Shown here piece after piece: positions 39,401-47,985 of a DNA stretch of 64,000 nucleotides. A program made the position numbers and the translations under genes. The notes beneath the pieces were generated by a model. The model worked only from the letters and a program-made list of their open reading frames with translations. It ran no database searches and was not told where the DNA came from. Every line of letters begins with the position of its first letter. Within the stretch, counting starts at the first letter, position 1. Location: the IMG/VR virus record IMGVR_UViG_3300033177_000258. One strand, written 5' to 3'. The DNA is from a virus. Its lineage: Duplodnaviria; Caudoviricetes.

Positions 39401-42400
39401 AGGGCGGGGCGTTCGGCCCGCAGTACACTGATGTAATCAGGCAGCGGCTCGCCGATGCTGGCTTGCCCGCCGCGTCAAACGCAACGCGCTTCTCTCGCTT
39501 GGCGGAGCAGGCACAGGCTGCTGGCCGCTATCACAGTTGGCCTGCAACCACGCTTCGCCGTGTAGGCCCCGCCTGGGATAGCTTCCTGGGAACCATTGGT
39601 CGTGGCGAAGAGGCGTTCATGTCGGCTTACGAGCGCTCATCTGCGGCCCTGGGGCGCGGCTTCAACCGCATGGTAGGCGGTATCGGGGCCGGCATGGACC
39701 GCACATCGCAGTTCATCATGGGGAACGAGGCTGGGGACCTGTTCCCGCGCTTGGGTCGGGGCTTCAACCGTCTGACCTCACGACCTATGGCGTGGGGCCA
39801 GCGCGCCGCCGACTGGATGTTCGAGACTGAGGGCGGCTTCAGGCCAGCAATGGCCGGCATCGGTCGTCTGCGTGCCGGTGCTTCCGGTCGCCTCGACCGC
39901 CTGTCTCAATTCATCATGGGTAACGAGGCTGGGGACTTGTTCCCGAGCATGGGGCGGGGCTTCAACCGCTTGACGGAGCGGCCCATGGCTTGGGGGGACC
40001 AGGCTCTAGACTGGTTCACCAACACCAGCGGCGGCTTCGACCCGGCCTGGGCTGCGGCACGGCGTCTCGGCGGTGGCATCAGCCGCTTTGCCGGTAACGC
40101 GCTTGACCGCACCTCACAGTTCATCATGGGCAACGAGGCTGGGGACCTGTTCCCGCGCTTGGGTCGCGGCTTCAACAACATGATGCGCCGGCCTGGGCAG
40201 TGGGGCAACAGCGCGCTCAACTGGTTTGTCGAGAACGAAGGCGGGTTCCGCCCGCTGGCGTCTGGTGCGCGGCGTCTTGGGCGAGGCATTTCCAACGCCG
40301 CCTACCGCTTCCCTGAGTTCATCATGGGCAACGAGGCTGGGGACCTGTTCCCGCGCTTGGGTCGCGGCTTCAACAACATGATGCGCCGGCCTGGGCAGTG
40401 GGGCGACAGAGCTCTCAACTGGTTCCATGAGACCGAAGGCGGGTTCCGCCCGCTAGCGACCGGAGTTCGGCGTGGGTACGACTCGCTGCGCGGCGCGTGG
40501 ATGCGTCGCGGCGGCCTGCCCGCAGCGCTGCAAGAGCCCGTAGGAATCGGAAGCACCGAGCCCGCCATCGCGCGGCCGGCCATCGCTCCCGAAGCCCCGG
40601 CCCCAGTCCTGCGCCGCCCGCGCCGCCCGGCATCCATGATGCCGCCGTCCACCATGCCCGCAAGTGCTAGAGGCATGGGCGGCAGTGAGTTTGGCGCCAT
40701 GGTCGCCGAGCAGCGGAGACGCTATCGCAGTCAGTTCACGCTTACCCCAGAGCCGGCAGCACCCACTCTGCCTCCGGTGGGCAGCCGAGCCTACTACCAG
40801 ACAGCCCGCCAGTACGGAACTGGCTACAGGGGTCTCGCTGGTCGTCCGCTGCTGGACAACGAGATTGGCTACCTCCAGAGGCTGCCCGGCCGCTTGCAGG
40901 GCATGAGTCGCGAAGAGGCGCGAGGGCTCTACGATTCTGGAAGCCAGGCGTTCTTCGAGAGGACCGGGCGCGCCCCGGCTACTTCTTCTGAGCGCCGCAT
41001 TGGCATGATGTGGCACGAACAGAATCAAGCCGCCGCGCGTGGTGGGTACGGGCGCCCTGCGGGTACGTCTACCGGAGTCGTCCCAGACTTGGCTGACAAT
41101 GTGGAAGCCACGCCGTCGCCCAGGCCTGGCGACGGGCCGACACCGCAACGGAGAGTTGGTGCTTCGGCCGACGACGCAGTACGGCCCGCAACCACACCGC
41201 GAGCTCCTCGCATCCCGCGCGCGCCAGCGGCTAGAATCGGCGTAGCGTCTAGATTGTTGGGCGCCGTTGAACCAATCACAACTGGCCTTTATGCTTCCGG
41301 TCGCTACATGGATGAGCGTGGCGTTGCCAACATGAGCGGGCTGGAGATGACCGCCGTCACGGCTGGTGCGCCGGCAGCCATGCTGGGGATGACCGCTTTG
41401 GTTCGTCGCGTTGCCCCGGCTGCTGGGCGGGCTCTCGCCCCTATTGGACGCGGCATTGCCGGAGTCGCGTCTAGGGTTCCGGGTGTCTCTGGCGTCGTAG
41501 GCCGAGTCGCCCCATGGGCGACCAAAGCAGCCCCTGCCCTTGGCCGGTGGGCTGGCCCTGTCGGGTCGGTCGTTACGGGCGGAATCGTTGGCTATGCCGA
41601 TACTGGTGCCATTCATGAGGCTTACGACCGTGGGGCGACGACTACCGGGGCACAGGCGCTAGAAGGTTTCGGGGCTGCCTACGGTGGGCGCACAGTTGCG
41701 GGCTGGCTTGAGAAGTACGCCGGCATGGACCACAAGCGCGCTGGCCGCTGGGGCCGCAATATAGGCATAGGTATCGGGGTAGGCGGCACTATTGCGGGCG
41801 GCCTGCTGGCTGGCCCTGGGGGTGCGCTGGCGGTAGCTGGATACGGTCTCGGAACGGCCGGAGGCCGGGCCCTCAGGTTTGCTACCGACCAGAGCACCCA
41901 CCATGGTCGCTTCACGTACCAGAAGCCGAGCGGCTCAAGCGCCCCGGTAGAGCAGGCCGATAGCGCTCCGCTTTCTTACCTGCCGCAGGTCCAGCGCACC
42001 ACCGGAGTGCGCCAGATTAGCCGCGACTTCGCCAATACCCTGCTGGCGCAGCAGCGCCAGATGGGCCAGGAAATCCAGAAGAATCTGGCCGCGTCTCTCA
42101 CCGAGTTCCGGCGCGAATCGCCCAACATGCTTGGTCAGGTCTACAAGGGCCGCATGCGCGGGCTGCTCCCCACCGAGTTCTCCGGTCTGGGGCCGCTTGG
42201 GACTGCGTGGGGCATGTCGGATAACCCGCTGACTGGCGTTGGCTCAATCGCGCGCATGGGTGTTACCGAGGGCATCATCAACCGTCTTGGTTACGGCGGC
42301 TCGTTTGGCCGTGGTGGTGGTGTTGTAGCGCAGGAGCAGGCCCAGGCCGCCGAAGGCGCATGGCGCTCGAAGATGGACGCCGCTGTGCAGCAGTTCGGCG

Positions 42401-43641
42401 ACTGGAGCTCTTCACAGGACCCGCGCGTGCGCGCGCTGGGCACCTCCATGATGAAGGCCGCCGCCAACCTCGACAAGTTCGGCACGGGTGAATGGGAGAA
42501 GGTCCTGCAGGAAATCCCAGCCGAACTGCGCGGCTCAGCCAATACGTGGGCCCGCAACATGAAGCTGGCGGCGGAGCAGGTCGCCATCTTCAAGGACCGC
42601 TCAGAAATCCTCGGCACCCACCAGAAGGTGGCGGAAAGCGCCGCCAAGCTCGTTGGTGGTGTCGGGCCTACCGGGCGCCAGGAAGTGGGTCGTGTCCAGG
42701 CCGACGCGGCCGCCAACATGCTGCTGAATGGCCTGGCTCCGGGCCGGGTCCGCTCGCCGTTTGAGATGCAGCGCGAAGCCGCCCAGGCTGCCGAGCAGCA
42801 GTTCCGCTCCGGCGCTGCTGACATCTACCAGCAGACCATCCGTGGGCGCACGCCGCAGGACCGAGCCAATGCCCAGGGCGCCTGGAGCGCTCTGCAGGCG
42901 CTGCAGTCGGGCGACACGAAGACCTACAACAACCTCCTAGGAGGTCTGTCCACAGAGTCTCGCTCTGTCGTCACCGGCCTGGCGAAGTTGGCGCAGACCG
43001 CCAACTGGCAGCCGCCGCGTCGGGGAGAAGTCGAGGAGCAGATGCTGACGGCCGCCTATGGCGCCAGCTCTGAGTTCCTGAACTACGCACTCAAGCCCGA
43101 GCAGTACAGCTACCTGATGGGCCAGGGCATGGACATGTCGCCTGTCGTTATGGGCCCCGGCGCAGCACGTGGTGGCCGCGAGCAGTACGCGGTCAACATG
43201 GACTACATGCGCCAGTGGAGCCCAGGCACCGCTGACATGTGGGGCGGGTTCAGTGGGCAGTACACGATGTCTGATGTGTGGGGCCGCTCCACACCGCATG
43301 CGGAAATGGGGCAGAGCAACACCGTGGCCAAGCTCACCGCCAAGATAGACACCTTGGCCCAAGCTCTCTCCGAGGCAACTCAGGTGCAGACGCAAGCCGC
43401 GACACAGCAGACTGAGGCGGCTCAGCGGCAGGTAGAGAACGCCCAGATGTTCGGTGGCCACGTCGCGCGCCTGAATGATGGCGTTGAGGCCGCCGCCAGC
43501 CACGGCCGCGCAGCGGCGCAAGCTGCGATGTCTGGTAGCGGGCGGCACATCCCGCCGTCGCAGATTCAGGGCGGCTCCATAGCAGCCAGTATCGCCGCAA
43601 AGGCTGAGCTTGGAGCGGAAGTGATAAGGCGCATCCACTAG
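30448..43641 (+). CDS. giant tape measure protein (~4397 aa)
   Basis: ATG 30448 after AAGAGGT; TP901-type core (DLAEGVARAGASAKMAGVDFD..SEIGNMLKTVF); AEGG..DSFLAWLNKGEYV; follows chaperones. Confidence 0.85.
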   Translation: MNPQGQGPYNSVAGINFSAQQHITDFERLVSEVSSLNQRLNDTGVGTSAGAGKATGINLSALRTQVSEAEAMLARIHSVHDSIRRETAAMQRSLDEMRRVMSTATNQGVGTARSGGGAGTVYGGSYAHPLYQSTHPDRQKVQAGFQKDLDSLKTNFDRIIKTTVDQAVGRSVNDWLTKNQGNLRDSSGALITTDKRPGSLWAEAVEMVRRAVAQQFGAGNSQEFASKLNQATRAQVEAAVTRAIEESARRFSNLQRVDEQQVVGSAPRYVEASMLRGMWDQQIASRTNPRLNLDTSSKGAGYATEFEQQLRRAGVDPQAFRTFMSATGYSGGAGHKNPLTEAPVRQAILDMIAKHYRTSGRADLAELRNLLATVPPSGARALDANGETIPYMPITRSDSGWTTQRMMTRYGRVSTGGSGFGSTAEPDFMAPVAIFGRSPQDIRGYLQTLLQWQGTSHGISAMMNLYTGNLGSRPGQPISMGGQSYAASSFTPQGLNNQLRLTATEREQVGRVLADLIRRRGAAAPGSDSRRALAAELGDMLRMLSVAGAPMYGQDTLQFATGGARASVAKGAIGQFIASAGAELGTIIESLQQGSLPIIGYEGGQFPMRQVQRVMSRLGPGVQTRPDSFVRPLQALVSQNIRSFREFHSGAGREWFNALSKGSGMGEFWKQDSSGGRSGKRSTPLDAWRFYSSLPTSEEALALAAANYSGSDTAFVADVAKAFEKAAPGFFDEKKGKGTVGINEEQMKALSGHFIEFRRKVAAEFRANPTGAAMTNARSHFSSLMESLGGLFPGKEGPSNWGSGGAYVNQAMRLWGERLGVPMGEGGLGGGVLTPLAPEFLTPSSLGVLASGRMTSGMPKLSGMANASSMMGLYNRDPYYAALFGGVSKANHRGYGLLRLHQVASGMKYGDTNLIQAITAAKGDPAKLEAIANFFRTQAANVPFFETGGMSQGELTKMLPGLSQEQTGNLSRRGLLEAFGGNLTKYLGALGVGGGVTNAAAQHLSQLSGMPLQDVMKDEMGALTKAYGLSSAKQFITLDDFISQWADATGRRYRPGGAGMQELHAMSAGLHSAKATGELPPWVVDDASVLAQRHGAWPAGQITGEGGSLMNAINEHYPGEFSSGAGVGIGSVPGTVGIGSGGAFTLDALIGPINHLSQAIASLSQQIGTLTERGGSAATPQVERGSVQSVGIAPPTQTGGGGSGGGGGQTPPPDGRVRPIAPMGGGNNGGGNGGSGDNPPPPEDGDFKQRVWAYEESFRLQRELQKQFDAQAVGAFPKLGSEDVSSARRQYAQSVGYGRFGRQYQVGSEEASIGLEFRPDTEGNLQRVIRGNANAANMEQARAQAEVYAKELFSNYHPSRPGMTADEIRAERAGHALDYGFLGQSVASGKVGHGLASTAVDYIATGSGVQVVPRTPSGMMPVNRTDLPGVLRALEAAENEKMREKAREKLGANASEADIARDMRRAQLERVGENIRPINVVDSYGNMNRRMLRWGISADPNGRVSPHLQDVAPEGKVFRSFDEVATHARNLSAVFDELARDARGAGNAMTDEGAFYGEVGREKMRVAGQEVGVRFLRTAGGEVIASPEMGRSIQALPTPQAHAEVQNLLRMRAQEIEKSLDALSQVPGIGNLRSMGRVYDKVPVQWTSPGGHTLLEQQYSMTQTARGVKAIPEQGQLGFARVGGDITNAIEKVGLWAVATGAVYNFMAAVRGAYSLMTKFEEELATSRVLQPGYSDLGRVRKEFIGIANDYGQSLTNVTQAAHLWERQYKNVYQVLELTRESIKLSKVDNIDLAQANKYLEATINEMGFAASDVGRIVDSWTNVTNNAQVTMEDLAEGVARAGASAKMAGVDFDTLNGLIAGGVRATGAAGSEIGNMLKTVFAKMYTTDAARELNQIGVATHEVVNGVRELRPAQEILGDLASKWGTLTRAQQESIALGMAGGVRQVNRLSAVLGDYRTVLDAAARSSEGFGAANREVGIRMDTLAGQFAKLKANVQGVMSSSFFEGGGLNIARSGVSVAQNVVGAVSAAPPMAQGVLVNSLYGIAGVTGLNMMSRIFGGEAALNMGHLRMLANAGRAVGPVGAVETGVGGVINAGAKAVGAAGSAVSGWLGRNSFGRALQEGYRLTARSPIVAAEAAEAVAARGAVEGFTSSLLGGTSIIGGFIGHIKNMSRVMAIVISAVGLLTGVGVAAHYLKTTPEEREIERVQNRQIRLRPLYEARERVDQINQDERKFGALGIAQVIERDELQRRIQELGYKFGVGDGSGVVGLDSASKQAALNAYAGAIGDMSRGRGTERLSALGATVRGLTTWVPANEGGMTGIRQSLDLRDMAVTIGGQKAGADPKLQNQLMAGHMGEATREVAMRLGIAAPQLRQDASVFEIFESLSPNRYVVEGDSALGAFGQAAQSGKDAMLYSWRGSNDRRTDRRVYSLGWDNDAKQYALTQATEKGDTSLVGLFKTVEEAQRHIAASGDNFKAIAGDRKAELTFQETTKSLEVFDDRIKRLGQTTTEVMRVMSSINKQFTTSGVAVGVGAYGSTAASRLTGPMAGAMNQMYEAQQQYNESMGQAALARRNLQSSIMKRRRKGDTRSDEEIIRDAREDARAAKQNQAGAADYVSLEISEADQALNGYLDSARRALDVTRQTAEALREAVENIKSLQDSSLELYNVWSEVGQAVKASRDAAWAMYEVQKTMAADAMASSMSASIGLGGSQHEAALALDRKYEEASSRAISQIAGAYVGGMAANARAFGGEMPMGIRLPSFAQGGPSAYSLLENQLYASSDLAGSGAYSGAPENVLNEAAMTFYRAVGIFAGAVGAPGGSTEGADTSKGRIFGAGLAEGGFSDRIVAQSPHKSKDSFLAWLNKGEYVLPAGMAAVLGPALEQGRTKGGTGALLGLLSGIRGYAEGGYVSPDEETARRFIQRGQRYGSAAGEIPFGSAALRRSPDLLLRIAEQLNTEPGLLRDGFDPTAGSSSRALADLNWLLRKGGAFGPQYTDVIRQRLADAGLPAASNATRFSRLAEQAQAAGRYHSWPATTLRRVGPAWDSFLGTIGRGEEAFMSAYERSSAALGRGFNRMVGGIGAGMDRTSQFIMGNEAGDLFPRLGRGFNRLTSRPMAWGQRAADWMFETEGGFRPAMAGIGRLRAGASGRLDRLSQFIMGNEAGDLFPSMGRGFNRLTERPMAWGDQALDWFTNTSGGFDPAWAAARRLGGGISRFAGNALDRTSQFIMGNEAGDLFPRLGRGFNNMMRRPGQWGNSALNWFVENEGGFRPLASGARRLGRGISNAAYRFPEFIMGNEAGDLFPRLGRGFNNMMRRPGQWGDRALNWFHETEGGFRPLATGVRRGYDSLRGAWMRRGGLPAALQEPVGIGSTEPAIARPAIAPEAPAPVLRRPRRPASMMPPSTMPASARGMGGSEFGAMVAEQRRRYRSQFTLTPEPAAPTLPPVGSRAYYQTARQYGTGYRGLAGRPLLDNEIGYLQRLPGRLQGMSREEARGLYDSGSQAFFERTGRAPATSSERRIGMMWHEQNQAAARGGYGRPAGTSTGVVPDLADNVEATPSPRPGDGPTPQRRVGASADDAVRPATTPRAPRIPRAPAARIGVASRLLGAVEPITTGLYASGRYMDERGVANMSGLEMTAVTAGAPAAMLGMTALVRRVAPAAGRALAPIGRGIAGVASRVPGVSGVVGRVAPWATKAAPALGRWAGPVGSVVTGGIVGYADTGAIHEAYDRGATTTGAQALEGFGAAYGGRTVAGWLEKYAGMDHKRAGRWGRNIGIGIGVGGTIAGGLLAGPGGALAVAGYGLGTAGGRALRFATDQSTHHGRFTYQKPSGSSAPVEQADSAPLSYLPQVQRTTGVRQISRDFANTLLAQQRQMGQEIQKNLAASLTEFRRESPNMLGQVYKGRMRGLLPTEFSGLGPLGTAWGMSDNPLTGVGSIARMGVTEGIINRLGYGGSFGRGGGVVAQEQAQAAEGAWRSKMDAAVQQFGDWSSSQDPRVRALGTSMMKAAANLDKFGTGEWEKVLQEIPAELRGSANTWARNMKLAAEQVAIFKDRSEILGTHQKVAESAAKLVGGVGPTGRQEVGRVQADAAANMLLNGLAPGRVRSPFEMQREAAQAAEQQFRSGAADIYQQTIRGRTPQDRANAQGAWSALQALQSGDTKTYNNLLGGLSTESRSVVTGLAKLAQTANWQPPRRGEVEEQMLTAAYGASSEFLNYALKPEQYSYLMGQGMDMSPVVMGPGAARGGREQYAVNMDYMRQWSPGTADMWGGFSGQYTMSDVWGRSTPHAEMGQSNTVAKLTAKIDTLAQALSEATQVQTQAATQQTEAAQRQVENAQMFGGHVARLNDGVEAAASHGRAAAQAAMSGSGRHIPPSQIQGGSIAASIAAKAELGAEVIRRIH
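39695..40460 (+). repeat. four 198-210 bp coding repeats in tape measure
   Basis: FIMGNEAGDLFP(R/S)(L/M)GRGFN units at ~39710, 39908, 40118, 40316. Confidence 0.9.
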
Positions 43642-43656
43642 GCAGGGCAGGGACGA

Positions 43657-46600
43657 ATGAAGAGATGGACAGGGTACACGCCAGTTCCCGGCACTATCGT
43701 CAAGCAGAGCGAGGGCTTCACCAGCCTCGCTCTGCCTGACTACTACTGGCATGGGAAGAACAAACTGCGCGTCAGAGTGGTGATGTGGCCCGACATGACC
43801 CAGGCGCTTACGCCGGTGGTTGACGGAGTGTCCATCAAGCAGCCCACCTACGGCATCGAACGCGGAGCGCTGTCTTTGTTCGGCGAGTACACCGACAGCA
43901 CCATCTCAGCCCACACCGGGGCAGACAACGGGAACAGCAACACCGGCCGCGCCGACCGGGTGGCTGACCGGCTGGTTCTCGGCAACTACCCGTTGCCCAC
44001 GAGAGCTGGCGCCCACGGCACCTACATTGACACTGCTGTTGGTTGCCGTGCCTGGGCTGCCGCCATGCCCTTCTCGCTCTTCACGCTCGACACCGTGCTG
44101 TGCCCCAAGTGGGAGGACGGCGGTGGCGGCTGGGGGTGGGACCCGGCCAGGTTCTGGATTATCGCCACACCTCACCCCGAAGGCGGGGTTAGTTTCGTGC
44201 GGATGATAGACTACTACGCCGGCCTATATTGGGGGGAAGAGCGCTGGTTCTGTGACGCTCCCGAGCTGATGTTCGGGGGGCGGGCCCCAGAGGGGCACAA
44301 GCCCATCCTGTACATCTCTGAGTGGTCCGACGACGTACCCCCGAGCCCCTATGGCTACCTCTACATGTGCGAAGCCTGCCGCAAGCAGGCCCTTGCCGAG
44401 GGCCGCAAGGACAAGGGTTTCGGCGGGGACAACAGCGCCAACCGCCTCATCAAACTCATCATGGTCAATGGCCAGAACGAAGATGGGGAGGACATCCCTG
44501 GGGCCTGCGCGAACACCACATACAGCTCGCCGGCCACCGCGTCGGGGCGCTCTTACGAGTTCTACTACGGGCACACGCCGCTCCATGGGACCATCGTAAC
44601 GGCTAACCCTGTTTCCGTGAACTCCGTCAATGGCGTTGAGAGGCTCAAGCCCATCCGGCGCATCACGGACCCCGGTGAAGTCGGGGAAGCTGTGCAAGAA
44701 ATCACCGCAGGGTGGAAGTGGAGCAACGGCGAGACGCTCTACGAGACCTGGGGCAGGAACTATGACCCTCGCGGTCTCATGCTGGGGGAGATTAGCACCC
44801 GTGGCTTGGCCCAGCCCAACATGCGGATGTTCGACCCCTACTTCTCCAATGACCGGCCCACCCCGGAAATGCTGGAGTCTGACTTCCTGGCCCCGCGCCA
44901 GTGGATGGACGCCAAGCACGTTCTGAGAAAGAGCTACCCGGTGGGGGAGTGGAGTTTGCCTCCCGAAGTCATATACAAGTGGAAGACCAAGCCAGACCCA
45001 ATCTTCAATGAATCTCTTCCCATTGACGAACCCCTCAACATGAGGGTTTTCAACATGGGTTTGAAAGACAGGAAGAAGAAGTATGTCGCGGGCGAAGGCG
45101 AAGGTTCGGCTACCTGGATATGGGTTCCTAACCGCATGCTCGATACCGTATGGGAAGTGCTGGTCGAGGCAAACCACTTCTACATTGGCTCCAATAGCTC
45201 GACTGTTGGAACTGGCAAGGCCAAGCACCACATTGACCGGCTCTTGATGGGTGAGAAGGAGCTACGCGAGGCGTTTACCAAGGCCATGCTCTGGGGAGCT
45301 GTTGGCGGTGTCGGTGGCCTGCTCATCGGCGGCCTCAGCGCCATCAATGGCGCCATCAACAACCTCAACCTTATCTACGGCAATCTAGTGGAGCCCAAGT
45401 ACGGCGCTGGCGGCTCCGGCGACAAGCCTACGCGCTACGTCCGCACGCAGTACGATACGGAAAAGCGTCTCTACACCGTCACTCTCGCCAATAATGAAGC
45501 CGAGCGCAATGTGGTGCTCCCCAATGGGCAGTTGATGTTCGCCAAGGAGCGTCGCATTGAGAGCCGCTTCGGCTGCGTTCCATCCATTAGCGGCTACTTC
45601 GACCAGCGCGGAGAAATCGTCGTGATGTGGCCTCACAGCAAGCGCTGGATGCAGTCTCCCAGCTTGGTGATGCAGGTGGCCGGGGTCGAGCAGCAGTATG
45701 TCATCGAGAAGTACAGAGCCGTCACGGGCGAAGACAGCAAAGGCCGCAAGACTACCGAAGAAAAGGTCAGTGAGGGATGGGCGGCCAACCCCAACCGGGT
45801 ACATCGGCCGGCTGACTATGGGGTGCGCAATGTCCAGGCGTCAACGGACGAGACCGAGCGCTACGTTGCCTTGGTCTGGGACCAACACCTCGACAACGGA
45901 CACTACATCCCCTATGTCCAATTGGTAGACAAGCACAGGTTGTTCGCGCCACGCGGGGTCATTCGCTCCATCAACGGTGGGGGCAAGGCGTTCATCCCAA
46001 GCGAGTCGTTCGAGCACTTCAAGAGTAACGACGGCGACGGCAAAGTCAACCGTGGCACCGAGTTGGTCCAGCGCGCGGAAGACGGCGTAGAGCGCCTAGC
46101 TGATGCTGAGATGGACCGGCCGCAGGACTGGCGACACGTGTACCCCCTGCCCATCGGCAAGACACAGGTCGTGCTGCTCATTGGGGACAAGGAGCTCATC
46201 TGCGACTACGACCCGGAGACCGGAGTCATGAACCCGGTCACCGCATCGAACGCCGCAACAGTGAACCTCTCAGACACCCAGGCCCCCGTGTCCCACATCT
46301 TCCTGCGGGTGTTGCCGTTCGGACTTTTCAACCCACGCCCAGGTGATGCCGGCGACGGGGCCACGGCCGTTCTGAACACCGGAGTCTTTGAGGGGCCCAA
46401 GTACAACTCTGAGCCACTCGCGCAGGGTTACAACCCAACAGCAACATACGACAACAAAGACGTTCACGTGTTTTTCAATTCGATGTCGGAGCCGGGCCGC
46501 GTTCCCCCTCTGCATGGCGGCGGCTTCTGTGAGTTCGAGGTGAACATCTCTCCCGGCGACGAGGCTCAAGTCAAGGTCTACGGGGCAGAGATGAGGACAG

Positions 46601-47976
46601 CGCCGGGGGGCTCCAGCCCCGCAGTGCAGTGCTACGTCGCCGCATACCCGGCTCGCACGCCGGTCAGACACATGCGTATACCGGCATCGAAGCTGGGCTC
46701 CATGCTCAACACGTACACAAATCCAGCAGAGACAGAAGTGGCCGAGTCCGGGCAGGCAGAGACGGCAGCCGTGGAAGCGATGTTGAGATACCAGGACACC
46801 ATCGCCGACGAGCTGACCAACAACACGGAAGACTTGGGGCTCCTGGTGGCGCGCTGTGGCCCGCAGTTGACCAACAAGGAGTTTAGGCAGGCAGACAGCC
46901 GCATCACCGGCTTCTACAACGCGTACATCGCAAAGCACGCGCCGCCCAAGCCCTACAATGACAAGAACCCCGGCACTCCCAAGGAGTGGGAAGACTACGC
47001 CAACGCCATCACCGACTACGTGTACAACGCGATGGCCGGCTACCTCAACCTGTCGCGCAGACAGATTCTGGTCTTCCTCTACGACAAACTCATGGGAACA
47101 CCCATCGGGCAGACCGCCGTCAAGCTGGCGCTGAGGACCTACTTCACCAACCAGGATGACGACGTGAGGTGCCCCAAGTGCGGCGCCATCGCCCTGTTCT
47201 GCACTGACGTTGTTGAGGGGCTCCACCAGATAGGGACATTCCGGTGCGCTGCTTGTGGTCATGAGTTCACCGATGATTGCCACTACATCGAGATGGAGTA
47301 CGTAGACGCGGCCTGTGACCCGGCGCGCGGGCGCATCTGGCTGGTGGGCGGCATCTACGATACCAACCTCGCGCTCGGCTGCGATGAGGGCTTCCCCTAC
47401 ATCACCAGCAAGATACCGAGCTCTGGCATCTGGGGCGCCGAGCGCGTCATCATGCCCAACGAAGTTGACTACAAGCAGATAGTGGATGAGAACCCCGGCC
47501 CCAACGACAACAAGGCGAAGCCCTACCTTTGGGACACGGCAGACACCCGACAGTGGTCTACCGACAGTTCGTTGCCGGCCGAAGGGGCCAACAATGAGGT
47601 GGACAAGCTGGTGCCTCCCGTCGAAGACGGGCTTGACCACATCAGCTTCATTCCGCCGCACAAGCCGAAGATAATGGCTACGAAGCGTGGCTTGACATGC
47701 TTGCTGCTCACCAGGGAATACTATGATGCGGCGCTGTCCAAGCGAGGACAAGGGGAAGACGAAGAAGAGCTCCAGACGAACCCCGGCGACCATATCGCGT
47801 CCACGGCTTCGCCCAGCATCCCGCGCACGTACTACTCCCGCGATGGGTTCCTGTGGGACTCTGACTATCACAAGGTATGGAAAAGGGAAGCGCCCGAGGC
47901 CGACATCTATGTCCAGCCGAAGCGCGACTGGTGGGAACTACCACTAGACCTCAAAGACAAGACAGGCCATGGGTAA
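43657..47976 (+). CDS. large putative tail-tip/virion protein
   Basis: 1439 aa directly after tape measure; CPKC..CAAC zinc finger. Confidence 0.55.
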   Translation: MKRWTGYTPVPGTIVKQSEGFTSLALPDYYWHGKNKLRVRVVMWPDMTQALTPVVDGVSIKQPTYGIERGALSLFGEYTDSTISAHTGADNGNSNTGRADRVADRLVLGNYPLPTRAGAHGTYIDTAVGCRAWAAAMPFSLFTLDTVLCPKWEDGGGGWGWDPARFWIIATPHPEGGVSFVRMIDYYAGLYWGEERWFCDAPELMFGGRAPEGHKPILYISEWSDDVPPSPYGYLYMCEACRKQALAEGRKDKGFGGDNSANRLIKLIMVNGQNEDGEDIPGACANTTYSSPATASGRSYEFYYGHTPLHGTIVTANPVSVNSVNGVERLKPIRRITDPGEVGEAVQEITAGWKWSNGETLYETWGRNYDPRGLMLGEISTRGLAQPNMRMFDPYFSNDRPTPEMLESDFLAPRQWMDAKHVLRKSYPVGEWSLPPEVIYKWKTKPDPIFNESLPIDEPLNMRVFNMGLKDRKKKYVAGEGEGSATWIWVPNRMLDTVWEVLVEANHFYIGSNSSTVGTGKAKHHIDRLLMGEKELREAFTKAMLWGAVGGVGGLLIGGLSAINGAINNLNLIYGNLVEPKYGAGGSGDKPTRYVRTQYDTEKRLYTVTLANNEAERNVVLPNGQLMFAKERRIESRFGCVPSISGYFDQRGEIVVMWPHSKRWMQSPSLVMQVAGVEQQYVIEKYRAVTGEDSKGRKTTEEKVSEGWAANPNRVHRPADYGVRNVQASTDETERYVALVWDQHLDNGHYIPYVQLVDKHRLFAPRGVIRSINGGGKAFIPSESFEHFKSNDGDGKVNRGTELVQRAEDGVERLADAEMDRPQDWRHVYPLPIGKTQVVLLIGDKELICDYDPETGVMNPVTASNAATVNLSDTQAPVSHIFLRVLPFGLFNPRPGDAGDGATAVLNTGVFEGPKYNSEPLAQGYNPTATYDNKDVHVFFNSMSEPGRVPPLHGGGFCEFEVNISPGDEAQVKVYGAEMRTAPGGSSPAVQCYVAAYPARTPVRHMRIPASKLGSMLNTYTNPAETEVAESGQAETAAVEAMLRYQDTIADELTNNTEDLGLLVARCGPQLTNKEFRQADSRITGFYNAYIAKHAPPKPYNDKNPGTPKEWEDYANAITDYVYNAMAGYLNLSRRQILVFLYDKLMGTPIGQTAVKLALRTYFTNQDDDVRCPKCGAIALFCTDVVEGLHQIGTFRCAACGHEFTDDCHYIEMEYVDAACDPARGRIWLVGGIYDTNLALGCDEGFPYITSKIPSSGIWGAERVIMPNEVDYKQIVDENPGPNDNKAKPYLWDTADTRQWSTDSSLPAEGANNEVDKLVPPVEDGLDHISFIPPHKPKIMATKRGLTCLLLTREYYDAALSKRGQGEDEEELQTNPGDHIASTASPSIPRTYYSRDGFLWDSDYHKVWKREAPEADIYVQPKRDWWELPLDLKDKTGHG

Positions 47977-47985
47977 GGTGGTTCA

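Noticed and set aside
39695-40460. Diversity-generating retroelement TR/VR pair
   Set aside because: Tandem in-frame repeats, differences not adenine-specific, and no reverse transcriptase in the window.
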